Shown here: positions 28,144 to 37,792 of the stretch, piece after piece
How the letters are laid out: each line of letters begins with the position of its first letter
How positions within the stretch are numbered: position 1 is the first letter of the stretch
DNA from: Acidobacteria bacterium UBA6911
Lineage (GTDB): Bacteria; Acidobacteriota; UBA6911; RPQK01; JAJDTT01
Direction: 5' to 3'
Assembly: GCA_963579905.1 (NCBI GenBank)
Contig: CAUZIZ010000001.1
Coordinates: 19,056 to 83,055 of the forward strand
Length of the DNA stretch: 64,000 bases
Position numbers and translations under genes: made by a program
The notes under the pieces: model-generated
Databases searched by the model: none
The model's input: only the letters and a program-made list of their open reading frames with translations
Told to the model about the DNA's origin: nothing

Positions 28144-30261
28144 GTGTGTAAACCATCTATTCCAATCGCAGCACTATTCCTTGCACTTGCCTGCCCCACT
28201 CTAGCGTTTGCAAGCAGTGGGACTGCCTCGGAGATCGGCCCTCGGCGTCCAGATCTGCCCGATGATCCAGGTGGGCAGCTGGCCAATCCGATCGACCGTT
28301 GGGTTCAAGCCTACCTGAAGCAGCAGGGAAGTTCTCTTCCGGAACCGGTCGCGGACCCAGTCTTCGTCCGCCGGGTGCACCTCGATCTGTGGGGTCTTCT
28401 CCCCTCGCCCCAGGAAAGCGGGACCTTCGTCCAAGCTACCGATTCGAATAAGCGCAGCGCTCTTATCGATCTTCTACTGGGCGAGGACACGAAGTACGCA
28501 GAACACTGGATGAGCTATTGGAACGATCTGCTTCGCAATGACGAGGGCGTCCGCTACCACGGAGGGCGTGCGTCTATCTCGGATTGGCTGCTGGGAGCGC
28601 TGGAAGCCAATCTGCCCTATGACCGCTTCGTCTCAAGACTCTTGAACCCCTCTGGGGAAGACGATCCCAAAGGCTTCCTAATCGGTGTCAATTGGCGAGG
28701 GACGACGAGCGCCAGTCAAAAGCCCGCGATGCAGGCGGCTCAAAATAGTGCCCTGGTCTTTTCGGGCGTCAATCTGAAGTGTGCTTCCTGCCACGATAGC
28801 TTCGTGGATCGGTGGAAGCTCGCGGACAGCTTCGGACTGGCCAGCATGTTTTCAGAGGAACCGTTGGAAATGGTGCGCTGCGATGTCGCCCTCGGAGAGC
28901 AGGCTTCACCCAAGTTCCTCTTTCCAGAGTTGGGAGGGATTCCCACCGGACTTCCACTAGCAGAGCGTCAGCGGATTGCGGCCAGTCTGTTCACGTCTCC
29001 TGTAAATGGTCGCTTTCCGCGCACACTGGTCAACAGAATCTGGACCAGGCTGCTTGGGAGATCTCTGGTCAAGGACATAGACGACCCTGGAGCCAAGCCG
29101 TGGTCGCGCGATCTGCTGGATTGGCTGGCCTCGGATTTCGTAGATCAAGGCTACGATATTCGAAAATTGCTGCGCCGAATCATGACGTCTCGCACCTACC
29201 AACTCCCTTCTATCGACTACTCGGATGACGGCAAGCAAGGACCCCGTTTCAAAGGACCTGCCTTGCGAAGGCTCACCTCAGAACAGTTCCTCGATGGCAT
29301 CTCCTCCGTCACGGGGTACTGGCGGGTGCTAGGGTCGGATAAGGCCGGACCCGGATCCTATAGCCGAGACTGGCGCTTCGCCTCTACCACCCTCAGTCGT
29401 GCACTCGGAAGACCTGTTCGAGACCAGGTCGTGATCCAGCGTAACCACGAATCCACCACGCTGCAGGCTCTGGAACTGGTCAATGGGAGACAAATCAACA
29501 GCTTGATCCGGCGAGGGGCGAAGAAATTGCTGCGCCACTCAGGACCACCTCCGGCGAATCGATTCGACAGCGGCGTTGTACGCTGGGGTGAAGAGGCTTT
29601 AGATATTGACGTTACCGGAGCCGAACAGCTGCGCCTCCTGGCAGTCGACATCGATTCCTACGACCCCTCGCGGGTGACTATCGCCTGGGCGGAGCCCCGT
29701 TTGGTGGGGCCCCACGGAGCAACCCGGTTGACCCAGCTCAAGACCAAGCCCCCAGTCGAGACCAGATCGGTCCGGTTCCTTGATAGAGAGGTGGAAAGAA
29801 CGAAAGGGGATGATGGAGAGGAGAAAGTAGATATCGGGCTTACCCCCCTGCCACATGATTACGGTCTAGTGACGGGTCTGCCTTCCGAGATCATTTATGA
29901 CTTGAGGGGGGGGCTCTATGAGCGTTTCCAGGCCTGGGTCGGGGTCGACGAGGGATGCCACGCAAGCGAGATCAGCCCCAAGGTGCGTTTTTTCGTCTTC
30001 ACGCAGGAGGCCGACCGCGAGCATCTGGCTGGGGTCAGTGGCGCCGCTCCGGTGGTTATGCCGACACCTCCTACTAGCTGGGTGGGTCTCAGTCGTTACG
30101 TTTATCGTTATGCACTGGGCCGGTCACCGGTTGAGTCCGAGCTCGAAGTGGCGAAAGTTCTCCTGCTGGACCCCAAGACCAAAAGAGAGATCGAGGTGGA
30201 GGGACTGGAAGATCTGCTATGGTCGGTTTTCGTGTCTCCGGAGTTTCAATATATCAGGTAA
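28144..30261 (+). CDS. PSCyt2 + PSD1 (DUF1549/DUF1553) Planctomycete-type secreted protein with a CxxCH haem-binding motif
   Basis: Signal peptide, then CASCH (a c-type haem site) in the N-terminal third. Long DUF1553-like C-terminal region. Canonically paired with the downstream DUF1501 gene. Confidence 0.7.
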   Translation: MCKPSIPIAALFLALACPTLAFASSGTASEIGPRRPDLPDDPGGQLANPIDRWVQAYLKQQGSSLPEPVADPVFVRRVHLDLWGLLPSPQESGTFVQATDSNKRSALIDLLLGEDTKYAEHWMSYWNDLLRNDEGVRYHGGRASISDWLLGALEANLPYDRFVSRLLNPSGEDDPKGFLIGVNWRGTTSASQKPAMQAAQNSALVFSGVNLKCASCHDSFVDRWKLADSFGLASMFSEEPLEMVRCDVALGEQASPKFLFPELGGIPTGLPLAERQRIAASLFTSPVNGRFPRTLVNRIWTRLLGRSLVKDIDDPGAKPWSRDLLDWLASDFVDQGYDIRKLLRRIMTSRTYQLPSIDYSDDGKQGPRFKGPALRRLTSEQFLDGISSVTGYWRVLGSDKAGPGSYSRDWRFASTTLSRALGRPVRDQVVIQRNHESTTLQALELVNGRQINSLIRRGAKKLLRHSGPPPANRFDSGVVRWGEEALDIDVTGAEQLRLLAVDIDSYDPSRVTIAWAEPRLVGPHGATRLTQLKTKPPVETRSVRFLDREVERTKGDDGEEKVDIGLTPLPHDYGLVTGLPSEIIYDLRGGLYERFQAWVGVDEGCHASEISPKVRFFVFTQEADREHLAGVSGAAPVVMPTPPTSWVGLSRYVYRYALGRSPVESELEVAKVLLLDPKTKREIEVEGLEDLLWSVFVSPEFQYIR

Positions 30262-30588
30262 CCGTTCTCCCTATTAGGGAGCTGTTCTGCGGCTATCGGC
30301 TCCCTGACTAGATGATCGATTCTGAAATAGAATGCCAATTGCAGATGGGGCTTGTGCGGCGAGGTCACGGCGGGAGAAGGAAGTCGATGTTCTGTTATCT
30401 TCGACGAAGACCAACGAAGAGATCTACCGCAAACTCCTTTTTCCCAATGGGTTGTGCTCCCGAGTACGAAGCCAGTCTCTCGCTTGAGCGGACAAGTGTC
30501 TGCAAACATTCAGTTCGAATTATGGGCGCAACAATTGTCATGTTATTTCGGAATCGATCATCTACGTGTGGGCCGTGAGGATTAGGCG

Positions 30589-32025
30589 ATGAAGAACCGG
30601 ATTGGAAAAGAGTCTTCACAGCTGCACCGAAGAGCCTTCATGAACACATCGGCGGCGGCGCTCACGGCACTGGCGTGTGGGGAGCCCATGGTAGCCTTGA
30701 ATGCTCGACAGCGACCCGAAGCACGAGCCGCCACCATCATCCTGCTCTGGATGGCCGGCGGGATGGCTCAGACCGAGACCTTCGATCCAAAGAAGTACAC
30801 GCCTTTCGAAAGCGGACTCGAATCCGCGCGCGTGCTGAGTACGTTTCCCAGCATCGATACCGTGGTCGACAACATCAAGCTCTCACAGGGTCTGGAGAAA
30901 ATTGCCCAAGTCATGGATCGGGCCACCCTGATTCGCAGCCACAGGGTCGGCTCTCTGGGCGCCATACTGCACTCACGGCATCAGTACCATTGGCACACCG
31001 GCTACGCCCCACCCCTCTCAGTGGCGGCACCCCACATGGGATCTGTGGTCGCGCGTACGCTGGGGCCGGTAAAGCTGGATATACCCGCCTTCGTAGATAT
31101 CGGTCAGAACATGGAGATCGGAGCGGAGAGCGACTCGCTAAAGGCCTTTCATACCGCTGGATTCCTGGGGACCGAATACGGTCCCTTCATCGTCTCGGAT
31201 CCCCGCGAGGCAGCAGCAGCAGTCAGGCCGCCCGAAGGGCTGGCAAGTCATCGCTTCCACCGTCGCTATAGCTACTACAAGAAGTTGGTAGAAGGCAGTC
31301 CCGTTCTGAAGAACGGCAGCAGCTATCAGCAGGAGTCTCTTTTTCGCTATCTTGACAGGGCTCATCGATTGCTGGACTCTCCAGCAGCCAAGGCTTTCGA
31401 TCTGGACCTGGAACCCAAAGAAAGTTACCAGGCATACAACACGGGTCGCTTTGGTTTAGGCTGTCTGCTTGCGCGACGTCTCGCCGAAGTGGGTGTGCGC
31501 TTCATCGAAGTCACTTCCGAATACGTCCCCTTCCGGTACTGGGATACGCACGAGAACGGTCACCAGAGAGCCGCCGGTCTGAAGACCATGATCGACGCAC
31601 CCATCGTTCGGCTAGTCCTGGATCTTGAAGAGCGCGGCATGCTCGATCGCACCTTGATCGTCCTGGCCAGCGAGTTCGGCCGGGACATGCTCGTCGAGGG
31701 CAAGCCGGACAAAGGGGTGAAGAACCAGGTCACCCAGCCAGAGATCATGACCGAGCCGAAACACTATGGCATGCACCGTCATTTCACAGAAGCGACCAGC
31801 GTCCTGATCTTCGGAGGGGGGTTCAAGAGAGGATTTCTCTATGGGGAAACCGCCGCCGAGCGTCCCTGCCGTATAGTCGAAAACCCGATCGGCATCGAGG
31901 ATCTACATGCGACCCTCTACACAGCCCTGGGGATACCGCCGGACCTGTCCTATGTGGTCGAAAAGCGTCCCTTCTTCGCAACCAAGGATGGCAAGGGGAA
32001 GGCGGTTACCGAGCTGTTCGCATAG
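30589..32025 (+). CDS. DUF1501 family Tat-secreted protein (sulfatase-fold-like), partner of the PSD1 protein
   Basis: Tat-like signal (RRAFMNTSAAALTALA). Conserved DUF1501 C-terminal pattern (GGGFKRGFLYGETA...). 478 aa. Confidence 0.8.
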   Translation: MKNRIGKESSQLHRRAFMNTSAAALTALACGEPMVALNARQRPEARAATIILLWMAGGMAQTETFDPKKYTPFESGLESARVLSTFPSIDTVVDNIKLSQGLEKIAQVMDRATLIRSHRVGSLGAILHSRHQYHWHTGYAPPLSVAAPHMGSVVARTLGPVKLDIPAFVDIGQNMEIGAESDSLKAFHTAGFLGTEYGPFIVSDPREAAAAVRPPEGLASHRFHRRYSYYKKLVEGSPVLKNGSSYQQESLFRYLDRAHRLLDSPAAKAFDLDLEPKESYQAYNTGRFGLGCLLARRLAEVGVRFIEVTSEYVPFRYWDTHENGHQRAAGLKTMIDAPIVRLVLDLEERGMLDRTLIVLASEFGRDMLVEGKPDKGVKNQVTQPEIMTEPKHYGMHRHFTEATSVLIFGGGFKRGFLYGETAAERPCRIVENPIGIEDLHATLYTALGIPPDLSYVVEKRPFFATKDGKGKAVTELFA

Positions 32026-32215
32026 CCCCACCAACCTACACCAGACAACACTTCGCGTTCGCATGTTCGAAAGTTTTCGGTTCGTGCTTCAGCCTTTTCT
32101 TCCGCGCTCTGGAGACGGCAACCGATGGAAATGAAAAACCGGAGAATATCGAACAAGCGAATTTCGAAGGGAAGACACTTTAGCGCTATCCGAATAATCC
32201 CGCCCGGCCCGGGAC

Positions 32216-33718
32216 TCAGAAGTACTTCTCAACGATCCAGGCCGGCTGGTGCCGATCTGGCTTCCTGGGGTGACCCGTCAAATCGATCTCTCCGGCTTGT
32301 GGCGTCCTGGTCGTGAGCGGAAGAGGATCATCGAGCTGCTGCTGCCACTGCGACAGCAACGCCATCAGGGACTCAATCCTGCCTGCCTGCCCCGCATCAG
32401 CTGAAAGATCATTCATCTCCTGCGGATCGCTCTCCAAGTCGAACAGCTGCGTGCGATTGATATGTGGATAGCGGATCAGCTTCCATCGCGGATCCCTGAC
32501 GGCCCGGATCACGTCGCCGAAGGCCGTATAAACTGAGTCGCGAACCTCGGTTTCGCGGCCTCGCATGATTGGAACCAGACTCCGTCCATCAACCGGCCCC
32601 GGGGAGTCGACTCCAGCCAGCTCGGCGAGAGTAGGAAAGATGTCCATCAGGTAGACGAGCGCGTTGGACGACTCGCCTTCCGGGATGTCCTTGCCCACGA
32701 ACAGCAAGGGAGCCCGGGTGCTGTGCTCGTACAGATTCTGCTTGCCCAGGAGCCCGTGGCTGCCGAGTGCCAAACCATGGTCGGCTGCGAAAACGACGAT
32801 GGTGTTGTCGGCCTCTCCGGTCTTCTCGAGAGCTGCCAGCAGTCGGCCAATCTCGAAGTCCATGTGACTGATCAGGCCGTAGTACTCGGCGAGCTGGCTG
32901 CGAATCACGTCCGGAGAACGAGGCCAGGCAGCCAGCTGTTCGTCACGGCCTGTCATCCAGCCATTGAAGAATGGGTGTTGTGGCAGATAGTTGGTCGGCA
33001 GTGGGATTCCCTCGGGATCGTACATGTCAATGTACCCCTCGGGCGCCTGTCGCGGATCGTGCGGAGCCGTGAACGCGACGTAGGCGTAGAAGGGACGGCT
33101 GAAGTTGTAGCTTTCCAGGAACTGGATAGCCTCATCCGCAAAGAGGGTGCTCGAGAATTTTTCCCCTAGATGCTGTTGCCTCAGGTGGCCATCGTCGATA
33201 TCTGTGATGGGTATTCTGGTGTGGTCCGACATGCCCCCAAAGAAGACCGCTCGACCCTGTTCGAATCCCCTCAGAAATGAGTCGGTCTGGTTGTGCCATT
33301 TCCCGGTGCCGAAAGTCATATAGCCCGCCTGCCGCAGTTGCTCGGGAAGGATCGGTATGCCTTCCAGGTCGTCTTTGATGCGGAAGAGCGACCGGCCACT
33401 GTTGATCATGGCTCGACTGGGGATGCAGACCGCTGGGTTCATGGATCCCATGCCGTAGGCTCGCTCGAAACGGAGCCCCCGCCTTGCCAGACTGTCGAGG
33501 TGGGGCGTGTTTATAACCAGATTTCCCGCCACCCCCAACGTGTCGGTCCGCTGGTCGTCTGCCAGGATGAAGAGGATGTTTGGCTTTCTATCCTCGAAAT
33601 CGCGAGCCTGAGTGCATGTTGAGAGAATCAGGGCCAAGAGACAGATTCCCAACTGACTGCGCGAGAACGATATGTTGCGCGGATGTCGTTCTGCAAGAGT
33701 GGCGTCCTTTGCTATCAT
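32216..33718 (-). CDS. Arylsulfatase (formylglycine-dependent)
   Basis: ILADDQRTDTLG...CIPSRAMINSG (CxPxR FGly motif), signal peptide. Start refined to ATG 33718; the ORF track extends to 33832. Confidence 0.85.
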   Translation of the reverse strand: MIAKDATLAERHPRNISFSRSQLGICLLALILSTCTQARDFEDRKPNILFILADDQRTDTLGVAGNLVINTPHLDSLARRGLRFERAYGMGSMNPAVCIPSRAMINSGRSLFRIKDDLEGIPILPEQLRQAGYMTFGTGKWHNQTDSFLRGFEQGRAVFFGGMSDHTRIPITDIDDGHLRQQHLGEKFSSTLFADEAIQFLESYNFSRPFYAYVAFTAPHDPRQAPEGYIDMYDPEGIPLPTNYLPQHPFFNGWMTGRDEQLAAWPRSPDVIRSQLAEYYGLISHMDFEIGRLLAALEKTGEADNTIVVFAADHGLALGSHGLLGKQNLYEHSTRAPLLFVGKDIPEGESSNALVYLMDIFPTLAELAGVDSPGPVDGRSLVPIMRGRETEVRDSVYTAFGDVIRAVRDPRWKLIRYPHINRTQLFDLESDPQEMNDLSADAGQAGRIESLMALLSQWQQQLDDPLPLTTRTPQAGEIDLTGHPRKPDRHQPAWIVEKYF

Positions 33719-33908
33719 AAGGCGAGTTCCAAACAAGAAGTGTACCCTGAAGCAACGTGCACGGGTAGCATAGGGTGTAGCTTTGGCCTCCAGGCCGCCG
33801 CACTTCGAGCCAAAGGCTCGAAGGAAGAGCACTTCGGCCTGGAGGCCAAAGCTACAAGGGGTGCGTCATCCGGTGACCCCATGGGAGGAGCGAATCCAAG
33901 GAACTAGA

Positions 33909-35555
33909 ATGATCCAACCCACCAATCCCGGCCGCCGAAAGTTCTTGCAAAAAGCGAGCGGCGGACTGCTGCTCCTTCTCCCTTCTTCTCGCTACGCTGC
34001 AGGCGCATCGCAGGAGCCTTCCCAGAAGCACCTGGCCGCAGTTCATCGTGGTCGCCGGATTGTCATGATGCAGGACGCCTACGGAGACGGCCACGGGGCG
34101 CCCCCGCTGGCAGGAGACTTCGAGTCCTGGCTCAAGTACCGGTTCTCGTTCATCGATGAGCTCGAAACCCAGATTGGCGCTATCTGGTGGGACATGGCCG
34201 CGCCCGCTGCCTACCCCAACCGCGGATTCGCGCCGGACGTCCAGCAGCGCTGTAACAACTGGCTGAGTCAGGGACATGATCCGTTGGCAGCGCTGGTAGA
34301 GGGGACCCATCGTCGAGGTCTCGAGGCCTTCTTCAACCATCGGATCAGCGAAGTGGAGCTGGATGGAAAGACTCACCGTCTCAAGAAGGAAAATCCAGAC
34401 TGGGTTCTTCCCACCTGGTGGCCTCACGGGATGTGGAACCTGGTGGCTCCGGGGCTCCAAGACTACAAGCTCAAGATACTGAAACACTTGGCAGAAAACT
34501 ATGACTTCGATGGGATTCAGGTTGATTTTGCTCGCCACACTCCATGCCTTCCTCCAGGGCGCCAATGGGAGCTCAGGGATCATCTAACCCAATTCATCCG
34601 TCGGCTTCGCCTCTCGCTCCTCGAAAGGGGGCAGAGCCGAGGGCGGCCCTATCTTCTTGCCGTGCGAGTGCCCAGAAACATCGAGGGCTGTCGTGTAGAC
34701 GGATTCGATGTTGAAACATGGGCCCGGGAGCGACTGGTCGACATATTCACCATAGGCACCCGCTCCATAGAAGTAGATGTCGCTGCCTATCAAGCTCTCA
34801 GAAAGTACGGGGATATCAAGGTGCAACCTTGCTGGGACGATCACCACGCCTCGGATGCCTACCAGTGGCAGCCGATCGAGTTTCTACGGGGTGTCTACAG
34901 CAACTGGTGGCATCAAGGAGCTGACTCGGTCGTGACCTGGAACTGGAGCAATGCCACGCCAGAGACCTGCCGCACCACTGGTGCGGCTCCCGGTCCAGAC
35001 GCCCACATGAGCGGATTCGAGCAGCTGGGATCGCTTGAGTCGATGCGGAATCAGAATAAGACCTTCGCTGTCGATCGGCGTGGAGCCTTTCCTTGGGCAG
35101 AAGGCTATTTCAATCGTAACCAGGACGCTCCGCTTCCGATGAAGCTCTCACGCCGGGCGCAAAGCGTTCGCATACCCATTCGAGTGGAGGAGCCGGTAGC
35201 CGCATCCCGCGATGGGATCAAGGCGGTCAAGCTTCGAGCCATTGTTTTTGGCGCGGAGCGGGAAGATGACTTCGAGGCACGGTTCAACGAACGCCCGGTC
35301 GATTTGCACCTTCGGGATCCAGAATGGAAGGATGCGCAGATCTTTTCGCCCAAGCCTCAGCCCAATTCGGGAAAGGCGGCCCACCATAAAGTTGATCCGG
35401 ATCAGAAACTGCTCAGATTGGACTATATCCTCGATCCGAGCCGTTTTCGGCCTGGGATCAATACGGTGGAGCTCGGTCTTACCAAGGCAAGGGCGGATGT
35501 CAGCGTTCAGATCGAGAAACTGGAGATTCATCTGGTCTACTCTCTGCAGTCCTAG
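33909..35555 (+). CDS. Tat-secreted GHL10-like (glycoside hydrolase-like TIM barrel) protein
   Basis: Tat signal RRKFLQKASGGLLLLLP. Paralogous to the 44456 and 47470 ORFs (shared HPDW...FDGIQVDF-type blocks). Start refined from the ORF track (33783). Confidence 0.55.
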   Translation: MIQPTNPGRRKFLQKASGGLLLLLPSSRYAAGASQEPSQKHLAAVHRGRRIVMMQDAYGDGHGAPPLAGDFESWLKYRFSFIDELETQIGAIWWDMAAPAAYPNRGFAPDVQQRCNNWLSQGHDPLAALVEGTHRRGLEAFFNHRISEVELDGKTHRLKKENPDWVLPTWWPHGMWNLVAPGLQDYKLKILKHLAENYDFDGIQVDFARHTPCLPPGRQWELRDHLTQFIRRLRLSLLERGQSRGRPYLLAVRVPRNIEGCRVDGFDVETWARERLVDIFTIGTRSIEVDVAAYQALRKYGDIKVQPCWDDHHASDAYQWQPIEFLRGVYSNWWHQGADSVVTWNWSNATPETCRTTGAAPGPDAHMSGFEQLGSLESMRNQNKTFAVDRRGAFPWAEGYFNRNQDAPLPMKLSRRAQSVRIPIRVEEPVAASRDGIKAVKLRAIVFGAEREDDFEARFNERPVDLHLRDPEWKDAQIFSPKPQPNSGKAAHHKVDPDQKLLRLDYILDPSRFRPGINTVELGLTKARADVSVQIEKLEIHLVYSLQS

Positions 35556-35565
35556 GGGGCACAAT

Positions 35566-37095
35566 ATGAAGCGATTCCCTCGATTAGCAATTTTCTGGTT
35601 CACCTTGACGACAGTGATAGGTGCTGGGGCCCCGCCCAACCTGATCGTGTTTCTGACGGATCAGCAGCGCGCGGATACTCTGGGAGCGTATGGGAACGAT
35701 CAAATAGAGACGCCTCACCTGGACGCCCTCGCCCAAAGAGGCCTGCTGTTCGAGAACTTCTATGTGGCCAATCCCATCTGCAGTCCTTCTCGAGCCAGCC
35801 TGCTCACCGGCCTCTATCCCCACCGGCACGGGACCTGGAAGAACAGCGTCCCCCTGGACCCTGCGGTCCCGATTCTCGTAGAGATGCTCAAGGGCGCCTA
35901 CGCCTCTGCCTACTATGGAAAGTGGCATCTGGGAAACGAGATTTTCAAGCAGCGGGGTTTTACCGACTTCGATAGCACCGAGATCTATGAGAAGGGCTGG
36001 TCTCCGGACCAGGATCACGACAAGCGCTCAGGCTACTACCATTTCCTGCTGGAACACGACATTCGGCCAGACACCCCCTTGGGGCATTCCCGGGATCTGG
36101 CCAACCGTCTTCCCAAAGAGCTTTCCAAGCCTGTCTACCTGGCTCAAAAGGGCATCGAGTTCCTGGACGCACATCGGGAAGAGCCCTTTGTCTTGTTCCT
36201 CAGCTTCCTGGCACCTCACGCCGTCCTCGATCACCATCAGGGTCCTCCCTTCAACAATGTCTACGAGGATCTCTACGCTCCCGAAGACATGCAGATTCCT
36301 GCGACCTTTTTCGAGGAAATGGATCCAACGGTTTCCTACGCAAAGCGAGTCGCGCGCCTGGGCTTGATCCGAGGCGAGTTTCCGATTGCCTACCCTCAGA
36401 CCATTCAGGAGTTCAAGCGGGTGAAGTCCAGGTACTGGGGACTCGTGACCCTGGTAGACGAGATGGTGGGACGTGTCCTAGAACACCTCGAGAAGCTCGG
36501 TCTGGAAAAGAACACGATTGTGGTCTTTACCAGCGAGCACGGCGAGATGTTGGGGGATCATCGCCTCATGTCCAAGGCGGTGAGCTACGAAGAATCAGTC
36601 AAGGTTCCGTTTGTTATGACGGTGCCCGGAGTCTCAGGTCCGCGGCGCTTCTCCAAGCCCGTGAGCCAGGTAGATGTCGTACCCACGCTGCTCGAACTGA
36701 TGGGGCAATCCCCGCCCCGGAATCTCCAGGGAGAGAGTTGGGCCCCCTACCTTTGGAACGGCCAGGAGCTTCCCGATCGCGACGTGATCATTTTCATTGA
36801 CGAAGCGGGATTCGCCCAGGCGTGGAACCAGAACCACGTCTCCCACCGCAGAACCCTGGTAACGCCGGAGGGCTGGAAGCTCTCAGTCAGCGACACCGGT
36901 GAAGGAGAGCTGTATCATCTCGGTCGGGACCCAAAGGAGCGACGGAACCTCTATTTCCAGGCACCCCATCAGACCAGGGTACGAGAGTTATGGGACCGCT
37001 TGCGTGCCCGCCAGAAGGCAATTGGCGATCCGGTAGAGTTGGATCTGCACGCGTCTTGGCCAACCGCTCGAGGCAAGGGATATCGCTGGCCTTGA
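35566..37095 (+). CDS. Sulfatase (formylglycine-dependent)
   Basis: Signal peptide MKRFPRLAIFWFTLTTVIGAGA, then LTDQQRADTLGAYG...CSPSRASLLTG (CxPxR). The ORF track start (35212) is an upstream out-of-context extension. Confidence 0.85.
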   Translation: MKRFPRLAIFWFTLTTVIGAGAPPNLIVFLTDQQRADTLGAYGNDQIETPHLDALAQRGLLFENFYVANPICSPSRASLLTGLYPHRHGTWKNSVPLDPAVPILVEMLKGAYASAYYGKWHLGNEIFKQRGFTDFDSTEIYEKGWSPDQDHDKRSGYYHFLLEHDIRPDTPLGHSRDLANRLPKELSKPVYLAQKGIEFLDAHREEPFVLFLSFLAPHAVLDHHQGPPFNNVYEDLYAPEDMQIPATFFEEMDPTVSYAKRVARLGLIRGEFPIAYPQTIQEFKRVKSRYWGLVTLVDEMVGRVLEHLEKLGLEKNTIVVFTSEHGEMLGDHRLMSKAVSYEESVKVPFVMTVPGVSGPRRFSKPVSQVDVVPTLLELMGQSPPRNLQGESWAPYLWNGQELPDRDVIIFIDEAGFAQAWNQNHVSHRRTLVTPEGWKLSVSDTGEGELYHLGRDPKERRNLYFQAPHQTRVRELWDRLRARQKAIGDPVELDLHASWPTARGKGYRWP

Positions 37096-37099
37096 TCCT

Positions 37100-37300
37100 G
37101 TCGAAGGCACTCATTCCCAAGGATATTCGCCAGACCCGCGAGGGCGACTTCTATCCCTTTCACAACGAAGCGGCGGACGGGTTTGACACCCAGGAGTGGA
37201 TCGGTCGGCGGCCGTGGGCCAACGGCAAGATCGGCATGTCCGGGGCGTCGTATCCCGCCTGTGTCCAGTGGCTGGGCGCACGGCTGCGGAGCAAACACCT
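37100..37300 (+). pseudogene. Relic fragment of a CocE/NonD (X-Pro dipeptidyl-peptidase S15) family hydrolase
   Basis: Translation QEWIGRRPWANGKIGMSGASYPACVQW matches the CocE/NonD block W..qpWsnGkvGm.G.SY.g, which contains the nucleophile Ser. Only about 65 codons remain, with no start codon, directly upstream of a repeat copy. Confidence 0.4.
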
Positions 37301-37379
37301 AAGCTGCAACTTCATTCGGAACTCGCACCTCCAGGTCGCCCAATAATGCGATACGTGAGGAAGCCTGAAGCGCAAGCGA

Positions 37380-37792
37380 GGGATTGGAGGGCAGCGCAAT
37401 GGGGGGACAAAGGGGCCTGAGGCGCGGCAAGCAGCCAAGCCGGGGGGATCCGGGGTGTTCCCCAACCCCTCACTTGCGCTTCAGACTTCCATGGCTCGGG
37501 AAGTTTCTTTCTCGAATGGAGCAGCACCGCTGGGGGGCCACTAACCTGAAACTTCAAGAATTCGTCGCACGTCTCCTGGCCTCCGAAGGCGCCGCCAACG
37601 GGTGAACGACCAGCGTTACGAAGCCAAGTCCAACAGAGCCGCGAACGACTTGATCCGTTAGCAAAATGAGCCCAGGTTCCGAGGAGAGAGCCGGACAACT
37701 CTTCCCCACGCAGTGCCGCACAAATCCCCAGTAGCCGGAAGTTTCTTCCTCGAATGGGGCCAGGGCTTCCTGGGGGTGGGACTGACCTGTCT
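37380..37792 (+). repeat. REP-B composite repeat copy e (core flanked on both sides by the 45-bp unit)
   Basis: GGAAGTTTCTTTCTCGAATGGAGCAGCACCGCTGGGGGGCCACT + AACCTGAAAC + core + GGAAGTTTCTTCCTCGAATGGGGCCAGGGCTTCCTGGGGGTGGGACT + GACCTG. Confidence 0.8.

Noticed and set aside
36990-37346. ORF 36990..37346 as an intact gene
   Set aside because: It overlaps the sulfatase 3' end out of frame and has no start context. Only its middle part is meaningful, as a CocE/NonD relic (reported as a pseudogene fragment).
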